Source: Kudoa neothunni
Lineage: Eukaryota > Animalia > Cnidaria
Reading direction: 5' to 3'
Assembly (NCBI GenBank): GCA_964304625.1
Contig: OZ199838.1
Location: 12,192,524 to 12,256,523, forward strand
DNA: 64,000 bases
Shown: positions 27,173 through 40,344 of the stretch, piece after piece
Layout of the letters: the number at the start of each line of letters is the position of its first letter
Position numbering within the stretch: position 1 is the first letter of the stretch
Position numbers and translations under genes: made by a program
The notes under the pieces: model-generated
Database searches by the model: none
What the model was told of the DNA's origin: nothing
What the model saw: only the letters and a program-made list of their open reading frames with translations

Positions 27173-29259
27173 ATGTCAGAAGGAGCGGGTTACGATCTCG
27201 AAAAATGTCAGAAAAAAGTTTTGCAATGCAAGATTGCTATTGACAATCATCTTCCTCATCAAAAACCATTAACCGCTAAACATAAAGATGGAGTTATTTT
27301 GTTGTTGACCAGTGAGCATGTTGAATGGACTCAATGGAAAAATAACATTTTACTTCATTCAAAAAATTGTGTTAAATCAGATTGTTTACTTGGAATCGCA
27401 TTGTCGGGAAACAAAGATCGAAACAAAATTCTCAAAGTAATTTCAACTCAATCATGTTATCGTTTGATTGAGTTGTTTATTGGAACATGAAACTAATTTC
27501 TGTAAACCTATAGTACAATGTTGTGGGAAACATTTACAAAATATATTGGAAACAATTAAAACAAGGAACACTGTGTGTTTGTTTCAAAAACCCAGCCGCA
27601 ACCGTACGAGTTATGAGCGTAATTATTTTCTAATAGATTACCGCTTTAATTTTGCTACACAATAGAGTGACTCTATGGTTTTGAGAATGTTGGTATCGTT
27701 TATAGCCTATTTGGACAATTATAGCGATAACAATAATCCCACATTTTTGAAGTATTTTCAGTTGCCCATCAAACAAATTCTAGAGTACATGGGGAGGTTT
27801 TATGAGGAACAGAAAAATTTATTTGTAAGGCCTTTTATAAACAACCCTGGAGAGGTGGTATTAAGCTGTGATTCCATTTCTCGCTACCCATGGTCGAATC
27901 CCCTGCCCTGCAACTTGGAATCCTTACAACTTTTTAATTGTTGGACTGGAAAAATTACAACTGACTATATATCCGATCTAGTTGATCTCTCTGCTCAACG
28001 CAAATGGATTCAGTGCGCTTGTAGTTGTTGTGTCAAATGTAATAGAATAAAACCTTCTTTAAAATTGGAAGGCGAGCAAGAACGTACCAATTATTATTTT
28101 TATTCTAATATACTACTGGTGTATAGATCAACGTGAAATAAAAATATGTCAATTTCAAGGCCCTCTTATAGACTTAGGAAGAATCTACAGACAACTGAAT
28201 AAACTTTTGAACACCCATGGTGGACCGAAAATATTAGATACAACCAAATTGTCAGCTTTATTTACACAAATTCTAACAGATGGTTCTTACAGGCACATAA
28301 AAAATTTATTCCGTGATTCCACTTACTGTAGGGGTGAATACACTTGCAGGTCCTCACAACCTAACATAGATGTGCCTGTAAATTTTGCTGACACAAGAAT
28401 AAACCTGCTGTATAGACTTAAAAATATTGAATTCTACAAGATTCCAATACAACCGCAGCTAATGGCAGATTTTCGAAAGTTTTCCTATCTTCAACAACTT
28501 CATTTGGTGAATTGTAACATACGAAAGTTATCTCCCATTATATTTTTCACTCTTCCGAAATGTGAGGTATTATCATTGGCTGACAATCACCAATTTTCTG
28601 TCCTACCCCCTAGTATATGGGGAATGGGAAAACTCAATACGTTAATACTTGCCAACACTGGAATTCAATGTTTGCCTCAATCCATTATTCACTTGAAGCA
28701 TCTTCAAGTACAAACAACTTAATACACATATGTATAATGTGTGTAAACGTATAGAATATTGACATCTCGAATTGCCCTGTGAAATACTTTCCTGTGCTAT
28801 ATAGAAGATACTCATGTATTAATGTTTCTTCGACAGATATTTTCTCCACAGCATCTGCCCCACACACAATAATTTTAAATCAAAACATTGGTCCTGTTAC
28901 CTCATTGAAAACTCTCGCCTGGTCACACATTGTCTCTAATTGCTCATCAATGTAACTTTTTTTATATTTTATTGTTTCATTCGGTTTTGGATCATAGCTT
29001 TTTACAACATTTGGTGAATATTATCCCCAGAGCATTACTCAACGAAGTTGCATCGCTTGATTGTTGCATTAAATGTTTAAAATTCACCAATTTAAATACG
29101 GTTACCAGCTATTGTGCTCCAATTCCCAATGTAGCCCGTGAACTGATTTATTCAATAAATCCATATTTTTCTAATCGCACTGTCTGCTTTAGTAGACATT
29201 TCTGTTCAGTCGATTGTAGTATACGTTGCAGAAATGTTCGTACTTATTCAAACGTCTAA
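27173..29259 (+). CDS. Leucine-rich-repeat protein with BC-box/cullin-box-like segment and Cys-rich tail (LRRC58/LRRC28-like C-terminus); long unrecognised N-terminus
   Basis: LRRs LQQLHLVNCNIRKL, CEVLSLADNHQFSVLP, LNTLILANTGIQCLP, LQ|NIDISNCPV; then VTSLKTLAW...IIPRALLNEV, CCIKC and FCSVDC. Short GT-AG introns join the ORF pieces. Confidence 0.75.
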
Positions 29260-29653
29260 TTTTTGTTATTAAATTTTTATTTTTTTTCAATGTGAATATT
29301 TTTTCCAAAGAATTACCCACTCATTATTTATTTTAAGCTGAGATAAAATTAGTTGAAAATATTTTATATTATGGCTTAAACTTATTAAAAATTCAACCAA
29401 TTTCTAAGTTATTGATAGAACTATTACTTTCATTCTCACAATGTTAAAAAGGTGAAATTGTTCGTTCCAATTAATCTACCATGACTCTTCTAAATAAGGC
29501 CCAGACTTCAATTAATTGTTCTTTGAAAAATAGTTTTGGGGCATATTTCTCAAGTTTCTATTTAGAGTTTTCTCTATCTTTTCGCGGTTTTATTAAACCT
29601 TATTAGTATAGAGTTTATACTATAGAATTTTAATTCTGTAATGTATTTTACAA

Positions 29654-30251
29654 CAAAGGTTGTCAACAGGAGGTAAATTTCAAATGACAAGAGGTAAATC
29701 AAGTGACATCAAAATTTGATAGGATCAATTTTTGCATGAAGGGTTTTGTGGCGTGCTTAAGGGTTTCTAAGGAATTATATTATTCAAGACTATAAAACTC
29801 AATAAGAAGTTGCAGGGATGCTTAAAATGCTTTTACGAATAAATATTCAACAACCATTTATGACATTATAATCCATCTCTTTCTTATACGGCTCGTTTAT
29901 CTTTTGGTGATGTAACTAATAACACTTAAAGTGGTTATTTGAATGGTATATAATATTTATGTGTCATTAGTTTTGACTATTTTTAATTATGTCTGGTCCC
30001 TAAGAGCGTAGGATTGGGATAGAAATAATTTAATTTAGCAAAGTCTAAAAAGTTAATTCTGTAGACAATTTGTGAGTAAGAGTTGGTGTGATTAAAAATT
30101 GTCATTATGCAAACGTACATGCTTTTTAGGATCAGAATTTACCCCTCAAATCGCGTTTACCATAGCAAAATCGGTATAAAACCTTCAAGTAAATATGAAC
30201 TCGACTTCCAAATTAAGGAGGTAAATTTGGAAAAACGGTTGAGAACCCTTG
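29654..30251 (+). mobile_element. hAT MITE, family with TIR consensus CAGGGGTTCTCAACC; full-length copy
   Basis: Ends CAAAGGTTGTCAAC / GTTGAGAACCCTTG; perfect TSD TTTTACAA (29646-53 / 30252-59); internal similarity to copies at ~55550-56046 and ~63350-63631. Confidence 0.85.
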
Positions 30252-31383
30252 TTTTACAATTATTAACTTCATTGTTGGTAATTGTGGATCAAAAGAACGA
30301 CATTGTGATTAAAATTTGTGTATAATAATTTAATTGACCGGTCAATTGAATGATAGAGATAATATTTGTCCTTCTAAATTTTTCTAATTCAAATATGCAT
30401 ACTGTGAGGCTAAGCCAGATATTTCGATATAATTAAAATTAATACGTTACTTGGCACGATGTTCAAAAGGATGATATAAAAATAATTATGAGTTTATTCT
30501 GTTCAGCAAAGCGCTATGTGAACGGGTTAATGTATTTTTTAATGTTTTTCTAATTTAAATAAACTCACTCCCGGACAAATTCTGAGTTTCGCGCTAGTAT
30601 TTTACAGATAAATAGGAATAAAAATCACAACCAATCTATTCAAAATAACTATGTTGATGATAAAAGTTTCTGTAAGATTCGGCTCATTGGAATTTTTAAG
30701 AGAAACTAACGCAGGATTGTGACCTACTTCAAAATGTGAAATATTAAATTATCATTTAGAAAGTTGCTACCTTAACGAGCAATAATATTCGGTTATAACT
30801 ATTTATGACTACAATTAATTGTTTCTGACACGTCGTTGCGTTACTAGGGGCCGAAAATAATTCAATCTAGTAGACCCTAAAAATCAAATGCTTATAAGTT
30901 ATAACACCTAAAAATTGGCATTATTAACATTAAGATTGATAAAGGAGCAGATCTCCTTCTCCATTAGGGTAAATTTTTAGGAGCAATATTAGCGCTATAA
31001 ATGGAAAGTTTGGCTACAAAAATTTATGCGGCGCGTGCGTATTAATTATTAAAAATTAAATTTTTACGGACCCGTAAGAGACCCATTTCAACTAAGTTAA
31101 GTTTATTAAAATTAATTTAACAAGAAATAGAGCGTTAGAAATTAAATGAATTAAAATAGGATTAACTGTTATTTAGTTTATGATTAAAACACTGAAGATT
31201 TGGTACATATCAATTTTAAGAACATTACTGCAAGACTGGGTGAAGAGCAGCATGAAGTTTCCTTGTTTATCATAATAAAATATTTTTCAAAATTATCGTT
31301 GAAAAATGCCAAAAACTGATACATCTAAACAGAAAAAGAGCATTACATCAATTTGCACTTGCGCTCTAACCCAGCGCCATAGA

Positions 31384-32843
31384 ATGCCAACAGCGATTGA
31401 GATTTTTGATCAGTTTTATAATTCTATCACTTGTTACAAATGGTAATCTAAATTTTCTAACCACTATAAATCTTAATTAGTAAGACGTCCCCAAACAATT
31501 GCTTTACGGTGAATATGCCGTGCAATCATCTTCTTTGCCAGTATTCGGTCAATATTTGGTCACTATTGTTTAATATTACTTAGTGAATGTAACAACGACA
31601 TTTCCAAATGTTCAGCTTGCAATGAAACCATAGAACGAAGCATAAAGGATGGCATTAACATTTACTCGAAAATACAACAACGATTTCTAGAATTAAAAGA
31701 TACTGTCAAAATTGATGGTAGTATTGTTTTATTTTCCAGGGTTATTGTAATGGGTGAGATAGAGAAGAAAACAAAAAAAGAAAATTCTATTTCGAGGGCA
31801 GAGAAAAAATCTAAGAATTTGGTACAACAAAAAGTCACCGAAGAAACTGAAACCTCCCAAGATCCTAACTCGAAAGGAGTTGAAAAACTGAAACACAAAA
31901 GTTCCAACAACTCAAAATCTCAAACAACCAAACAAAAACTATCAACCAGAACAGTCATTACATTAGTTTATTCCTGTTCTGTAATTGTTATAGGCAACGA
32001 AGAATATATTAATGGGAGGATTTTCTAATGATGAAAAGGTTTTTACAAATAAAAATCATGTTTTAATTTTATTGATTAGAGTGAACTAAAAGATAAAATG
32101 TTGTCATTGAAGGGCGGAAATATTTGTGACGAATTCTCACCTTCTAGTAACTAAACTAATGTGTATTCAATCAAAGGCTTATGTTTGTTTGATAGTTACC
32201 CATATGGTGGTTAGCACAAATGAGAATAATGTGTGTGCTCGAACAATAAAATATTTGTATGCACTTGCATCCGGCTGTTTTATAGTCACTAGAAACTGTA
32301 TAGTTGATTAGTGGAATTGTGAGTGTAGTTTGATATTCGGTTTCAATTAAGGGATTGATGATAGTAAAAGTAAAGGAGAATGGCAGGACGAGTTGTCCTA
32401 TCTTGTTCAAGGATGCAAAGATTCAAGCGATGGTATTCCATTGAAAGTTTTGGACGCTAAAAAACAGAATGTAGATTCAATTGTTGGTATTTTCTATTTT
32501 ATTTGATCAACTCAGAATGCGGGGGTTTTCAGCGATTGTTTGTTCTTTATTCTCGAACAAAACAAAGTTCCCTCAAACACTCAGCTTGAGCAATTGATTG
32601 AATTGTGTGACGGAAAAATGGCTGATAATTACAGCAGCTTTAAAAAACAGGCTTCAAAAAATAAAGATTTTAACTGTTTCGTTTTGATCACAAAAGAAAG
32701 CCTGAAGTAATATACTATGTATTGATAGAGTTAATATTCATTTTTTTGATTATAGGTCACAAACAAATGCTATCTGTCGACCTATTTCTTGGCTGCTCAA
32801 ATGTGCAGCCGATTTTCGGCTTCAAACCGATCAAAATATTTAA
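31384..32843 (+). CDS. Miniature BRCA1/BARD1-family protein (RING + tandem BRCT), ~350 aa, ~10 exons
   Basis: Spliced RING CYKC...PCNHLLCHEC...KCSAC. BRCT1 ILMGGFSNDEK...THMVVSTNENNVCARTIKYLYALASGCFIVTRNWIDDS (BRCA1 THVVMKTDAEFVCERTLKY...WV). BRCT2 VFSDCLFF...QLEQLIELCDG...PISWLLKC. Stop 32841-43. Confidence 0.8.
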
Positions 32844-33500
32844 CTCTAATCTTCCACCATAATAATGTTATGTATAGATCATATGAAATGTGTCTTCTTG
32901 AATATTGTTGATCTAACAAGTTGTGACTAATTTTTTCGCTAACTTTACCGATTATAATTATTTATTTTGTGGTTATCGAAGATTTATTAGGGATTTGTCT
33001 TTTTTGCGCAGTATTTTAAGTATTTAATTCTAATCTAATCGAATATGTTGTTACTATTATTCAAAGAATGTTTTTATAGATAAATTTTTTAACATGAGAT
33101 ATATTTCATTCTGATTTTCAATTTATTTTATATTTATATAATATCACATTGTATTTATAAGCTAGAAATTTTAAAACTTGTAGAACTCATAAATTTGTAT
33201 AAAAATCATCTTCTAATTTAAATTTTATTCACTGAGTATTTCGTATTAACAATTTTCGAAGTTTATTTTACTTATATTTACTAAATTGAATCATATATAT
33301 GATAAAAAATTAAGTCAAGTAATTTTTATCCGTGATAAAATTTATAATTAAATATTTAAAATATGCAGGAAAAATTATGATTATGAACTTTACACATTAT
33401 AAAAGTAAAAATATGTATTTTGGGGCTTTTTTAAAGGAATTGGCTATATCTCAAGGAATGCATATCTCTAAAACTATTGCACTTGTTTTTCGATTTTATT

Positions 33501-33601
33501 TTTTTCACGATTGTCCCTAATAAAATAAAAAAATACGGAGAGAAAAAATTCAGCTTATAATAACAACTTCTAAATTTTAAGAATTTTTCATCCGAACACG
33601 G
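33501..33601 (-). repeat. Transposon terminus, inverted copy of 34569-34668
   Basis: Reverse complement CCGTGTTCGGATGAAAAATTCTTAAAATTTAGAAG... aligns over ~100 bp with CAGTGTTCGGATAAAAAATTCTTAAAATTTTGAAG... at 34569. Confidence 0.75.
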
Positions 33602-34568
33602 TCGGATACACGTGTAATCTCCATCTTTTTTTTTCAATCAACATTGAATTTTGTCGTTCCTTTCTTAGCTACTAACTCAAAAGTTATTTACTACTACCAT
33701 TTAGATTTTTACTATTGTTGTATAACAATTTTATATGGACTAACTTTAATAATAAACTTATTGCGTGTTTCACAAAAAGATCTCATTTTTCACTATAATA
33801 AAAATACTTTTTGAATTTTAAAAAATAGATGCTGATGGCGTATGATTTGTTTTAGTTTATATCCTGTTTATTAAATTTATTGCTAGAAATTAAGAATTTA
33901 TTCAATTTTTATTATCAAAATTCAAAAACCTAGTTTTTTAAAATGAGAATATAAAATTGTTTTACCTTGTATCATCTGTAATATATCGAAAAAATATTAA
34001 GCTATATTTTTATTGTTTTGTAAGTTTTTGTATATGTCAAAATTTAGTAACAAAAAATTCGACCAAATATACGAATTGAGAATATTACTAAGTATAAACT
34101 CAATATCTTAATTAAGGTTATTATTTTTATCGGTACACATATAAATGATTAGAAACTAATAAATGTATAGAAAAAACGACATGTTTACGTTCATCGAATG
34201 TTATACTGAACACACGTAAAAATTCTTCTAATAAAGTAATAACTTTATATAATCAACCTTGGGTTATTTACCTATTGAAATTAAATGTTAAACTAAAATA
34301 CAGTGTTGATTTATTATTAAAAAAACTCATCGGTTCCAAGAAAATTAAGAACATGCATTTTGAGAGCACGTGGTTGTCTTCTCGGTTTTTAAACTATTCA
34401 CACTTAAAACTAATAAAAACATGTATAGAAAAATCTTATATTGTAAAAATTATGTTTATATAGTAAGAAATGTGAAGAAGCATTACCAATTTATGAATGA
34501 TTATCAAAACAAATTAGAGAGCAATCCAATGTTTATTGAAAAAAGATTGATATTACATGTGTATCAAA

Positions 34569-37198
34569 CAGTGTTCGGATAAAAAATTCTTAAAATTTTG
34601 AAGTAATTAATATAAGCTAAATTTATTCTCTCCTTATTTTTTATTTTTTTATGGACACTCGTGAAAAAGAGATTTTAGATATGAAATTAATATTAAATTT
34701 TAAGCGAAGAAAAATATGAGGCATTGAATATAAGCAATTACGATCTTCACCTCGATTTACTGGAATTTTTGAGGTATGTTACCTCATGTCATAATTTCAT
34801 ATTTTATTACCAAATAAAAACTTGACATCAGTGTTTTTTTCGAAGATAATTAAATTGATTTAGGAAACAGAATCCTGCTATATTAAGTTACACTATAGTC
34901 AAATCTGTCTAAACGTTTTTTAGAATGATGAAAAAACTTTAAAAACTTAATTTTATAAATATAATAACTGGAAGCGAATTTTTTTAATGGCATAGTTGGA
35001 TCTGTTCAGTTTGTTTTTGAGATCATGCGAAATAACGCATAATAAAGAGGAGTGAATTAGATGTACTCTGTGTGTCTTATTTTTAATATTATTAGTATAA
35101 ACTACTAATTTTGTTAATGTGTTTTGTTTAAGTCTATATCTAGACTTGGATAAAATTTTTCCAGCGTATGAAAACTCCCGCTCTGACATTGAGCTGGATG
35201 CTGGTCGGCTGTACACGTTAGTTGCAATTTTTTAAGATATTCTTTCTTTGAGTTTTCCCAATAAATGAACGGATTTTCGTAAACCTGGTTGACTCTTTCT
35301 CGGATGTACGGTTGAATTTCTGATTGAAAATCTTCTGAGTCACTATCCAGTTCATAACATATTGAGTGGCTTTTCGAAGATTCCAGGTTCTTTGGGATTA
35401 ATTCTAATTTTTTTTTCAATGTTTGTTCCAAGCAAAGATTTACCATAAAATTTGTTTTTTTAATGGATGATTTGATTCAGCCATACCAGACAAAAGCGAC
35501 TTAACGTGGTTTATCACAAAATTTAATTTTTTGTTTCGTAGACTCACACTCGATAAATTTGGGTGGAAAAAAACCGCGATTTATGGTTGATATCAATACA
35601 CTGTGTGTATTTTTTGTCTAATAAACTTTCCAAATGCTAAAAATAATCTCCCATAAGATTTTCATGTTGCTTTTGGATCGTTCCTTTGATACGATGAAAT
35701 ACAATAAACACCTAACGATAATATAAAAAAACTAAAATGAATTACAAAATGTGACGATAGTGTCTTCACTTGCTCCAACTGATCAAAGAAATCGGGAAAT
35801 ATATTGAAAAATTCAGTCACAGCAACACATTCGTTCTTGTCCAATCCATCAAAGTATTTTTTAGCCGGGGGGTTTTCTAACACACCCTCTAAATTATCGA
35901 AACACACCACTAACGTCCTATATCGATCGCTGAGATCTCTCCATGGTCGCGTAGCTAAGTCCCATTGTATTTCTATCGGAAATTTAAACTGTAAATCTGC
36001 CGTTTTATGAACAGACCTCCGCAGTTTGTCAATATTTACCCTTGGTATGGATAAATTGGATGTGCCGTTTGTACTGAGATCCCAAGCTACACATAATGAA
36101 AAATCGAAATTAGATATTATAGCGAAGGTAAAATTTATTTATAAACTCATTAGTGATAAAAACATGTAATCAATATATTAAAATACATAAATATAAATTA
36201 TTAAAATTTAGATTAAACAGTTTTATCCGGATTTTCAAACAGAATTATGAGAGGTTAAGATAGCGCATCGTTAAGTGTACCACTTTTACATTTATTTACT
36301 CACTAAAATTTTTACATTAATTTAATACATAAAATACCTTGAAATATAATAGTGTGAAGGCGGTGAGCGGCACATCTGGTTGTGTTGAACTCTCTTAGAC
36401 CTAATAGATTGTTTGCTGCGGAGTCACCAACAATTCTTAGATCAGATTTGTTAAGTGAAAATTTACTACAAAATTCCGTGCAGATTTTATTTATATTTTC
36501 TGCAGTGTGTTTTTCAGGAAAATAGCTCATGCCATATCGGAAAGGTCGAAGGGTGAAATCTTTAACAAATAATACTGATATATCAATGAATGAATTGATT
36601 TTGGAATTATCACTCCAAATATCAACGGTTAGGCACATACTATTGTGATTGATCGTTTTAATTAATTTGTCCATTTTTAAATACATGCGCTCATACTCAT
36701 TCATAATTGTTTTTTAACGCATTTTTTGGATAAAACCTTAAACCTAGCACCAGGTTCATCGAACTTTTTGGCCAAGTTATATGAAAAGTTTATCATCTCC
36801 GTAAACGGAGAGATTGTTTCAGCTACAAAATTGCCAATTTTAGTGTCAAACATTGCCTGATCAGATACGCTTAAATTAACAATAGATATAGGTGAAACAA
36901 ATAATTCACCAATTTTTATATCTTTATTTGTTCGAGCATGTCACTTATTATGAGTAAGAAGTTTCCTATCCCCGTAAGACGATTTATGTGGGAATGTTTT
37001 GTAGCACTTTGTGCAAGCAATAAAATCAATTTGGGATGTTTCATCCCCATCTTTAGTAATGATGGAATAGAAATTGTCCCATTCTTCAGAACGCGTGGCA
37101 GATTTTTTCCAAAGGAAACGTTTACCAGCTTTCAAAGCCTCTTCAACATTTTCCACACTCCAGTTTGACATAATGTAACTAAAAGAGGGCACAAACAC
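34569..37198 (-). mobile_element. hAT (Ac/Hermes-like) transposon with disrupted transposase (coding remnants 34953-37198)
   Basis: BED finger WDNF...CTKC...LLTH, CLTVDIWSD (catalytic D), RCAAHRLH (CxxH), PASSSMSEREFSYAG...SRYRL dimerisation motif; split by stops/frameshifts; probable terminus CAGTGTTCGG at 34569. Confidence 0.9.
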
Positions 37199-38816
37199 GA
37201 ACGAATGGGCACTGTCTGCTAATAATACTTAAATAACTACAACCTCAAAGTAGATATTAATTCAGCTTCCAAATTAATGGGTAAAATTGGATTTTTCATC
37301 GGACCAAGGAGGTGAATTTTAAAGAAACGATTGAGAACCCACGTCTGAATAATTAATATATTCATCCATTGGATTCAACTCTACTCAAAAGAAATTAAAC
37401 GTTATATCATAACCTGTCCTTATTTTATTTTGAAGGTTTTTGCGAGGATATTTAATTATATATTTATTTTTTTAACCTAGATAAATTGAAATAAGTTGTT
37501 TATTTACTATTCACTTTTTCCGCCTTAAATATTTTGATGGGGAAAATTCAACAAGTCTTGATTTTGAGTCAGTATTCATAAATCATGGATGAGGCTAATT
37601 TATGTATGATTGATTATTTATATCAATTTAATCAAAAAATCCGATTTATAATTTATTGTCGTATATTGAACGAAAGTATTTAACATTAAAAATTTATCAA
37701 CAATAATCACACTGAATTTTTCAAAATCCTGATCTTTATTTTTATCGTATAACTTAATACGACAACAAAGGATAATATTATCATGCATGCGGATTGATTA
37801 AAGAAATTTCGGAATATTCCTAATGATCGTTAGGAATCACGATGCCTTACTTTTTTTCAGCCGATATTGCTATAAATAATGAAAATAGATATTAACCGTA
37901 CAAGTATCTTAACTCGTTTGAGCTTTGAGTGTAGTACTCGAAATGTTTGATGTTGCATATATTTTCCTTTGGAATAAATTATTGAGAAATATTTATTAAT
38001 AAATATATAATTTAAAATAAAATAAATACTATAATCATTAAATTTGTTTATCGGTCACAACGTAGAGTTTATGGGTAGTGCGAATGTAGTTTCAAATAGA
38101 CTTTGTGTTTAAAGTTATTACCAATTTTATAAATAACATGGAGAATTTTAATACAGATTTATTTTAATATCAATAACATTTTTTATAGTTTCATCATATA
38201 AAAGCTCATATGAAGTTCTATTTCTTACAGAATTTTATAATACAAATTAAATTAACCTTAACGCCTTAAATGAATCAGTTCGTCATTTGAATCGAATCTA
38301 AATATCTTGTGATGTTTAGTACTACAAAATAATTATAAGACGATACAGAGAATTTTCGATTCTGTTCTCATTGCAAGTGACCCCTCATAAATAAAAGATA
38401 TTTAATCTTTTTAAAAAATTTTATATAATATTAATTAATTATTCTATATATTAAATTTCAGATGTTCCTTGTATAACAAAAAAGACAAATTATGTATTAT
38501 CCTATTATCTTTATTCCTTCGTGATTACTTATTCTATACCCTAAGCCACAACTTAATTATTAGATTTTAACGTTATCTAAATTATTCTTATTTTCTACGA
38601 TTTAAACCATAAACGAGTTAATAAGATAAAGCTTTTATGTTTTTATGTTGGATGTCTGGGATGCGGAGAAGAAAGTCGGTACCAATAAATATTTAACTAT
38701 GATAAATGTCAATAAATAAGCTGTTTTTATTATTCTTGGTGAATTTCATGAAAAGTTAATTGAAATTATCAAAAACTCACGTTTTCGGCATTATCATTTG
38801 ATAAATTGCATCATTG

Positions 38817-40344
38817 ATGAGTATGTTGTCTTCTTCAGTAATCTCAGTCACAACTCTCATTTCCGGTAATAAATCAGACTTCACCTTTAAATAATTTATC
38901 TAGTTGTTATTATATGTTCACTAAACCCTAACACGAATAATCCTACTGGAAAGAGAGGTAACAAAAAAGTTGCTTACAAGGACAAGTGTGACAAGAAAAA
39001 CCCTATCGTGATAAGTTGAACTAGTTTTATCGGTTTCATAATCAACCGTCTGTCTAGTTCCTGGATTTTTAGGGAGTCGACTTTATGGACATATGAATGT
39101 TACCGATGCATTGTCTGATTATTGCACACGAAATATGTCATATACCCAAGTATGGATGAATATCTGGCATGTGTTAAATCTGAATTGTTTTTCACATATG
39201 CTTTCGTAATATACAAATAATATTTTACATGACTTAACTTATTTACTGAAGCTTGAAGTACGATCAACAAAATAACACCATGAAGGATCAAAAAGGTGTA
39301 GAAATAGGTGCAACTAATTTTGGGGATGTTGACATGGTTTCCAAACTGAGTGATTCTATATTTGTCGCTTTGTTTGGCAATTACTTCCAAGGGGTGATTG
39401 ATCTTATCACTAACATGGGCTGGACGTACAATGTGGATATTCGAGCTGCACCCTATGACTTCAGGAAAATGCCGTGTAAAACATTGGTCGAAATACTTTT
39501 CTACGATTGATTATTTTAATTCTTATTCTAGTGAACGAAACAAAAGATTCCTATTTTCTAAAACTCAAGGAAATGGTAGAAGCACTTCACCAGGTAGATG
39601 AGTGTAAAGTGGTAATGATAAGTCATAGTATGGGCAGCCCGTTAACACGTATGTTTCTATCCGCCCAAGGCCAGAAATGGATCAACAAACATATCCGAGC
39701 TTGGATTTCTCTAAACGGAAGTTTCGCTGGTGCCAAAACAGCAATCCTATCAAGAACCTACGGAATAACTACGTTGAGTTTAGTTAACTATTTGAGAGAA
39801 TATCTGCAGATATTCTTTTCCACGTTTCCCTCCTTATACTTCCTACAACCAAGCATATCTTATTTTGGTGCTGACCACGTAATTATATAAAATATTTCTT
39901 ATAGTCTTAACTTTAAATAAGCGTGTTGCGTTCACCCCAAAACAGAATTTTACTCTCAGAAACATGACAGAGTTTCAGAGAGTGGTTATTGGTGTTAACC
40001 AGCCACGATTGGAAAAAATGAACTTGCCCGATATATACACAGAAACAAGTTTTCATGTTCGTTTCCTCTGTGTGTATAGCACTGGATATGCTACACCCAT
40101 TCAGGCTCCCCTGTTCAATGACTACTCTTTGGATAGAGACAATCTGATAATGGGGAATGGTGATGGAACGTTATCGATTGAAGAATTAAGGTCTTGTAAA
40201 GCGGTCGCTAAGTCAATGAGAAAACGAAAAACTCGAATTGTTCGTTTGCGTGGAATAGAGCACGTAAGAATTCTATCGAGTGATCTAACTCTGAAGGTTA
40301 TTGGGAAATTTCTTCGTCGTCTTAAACCTAGACCACAAACCTAA
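38817..40344 (+). CDS. LCAT / lysosomal phospholipase A2 (PLA2G15) family acyltransferase
   Basis: Hydrophobic N-terminus, PIVI|IPGFLGSRL, lid Cys pair (YCTRN...LNCF), AAPYDFR, nucleophile SHSMG, GDGT (Asp), EH (His); short introns. Confidence 0.9.
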
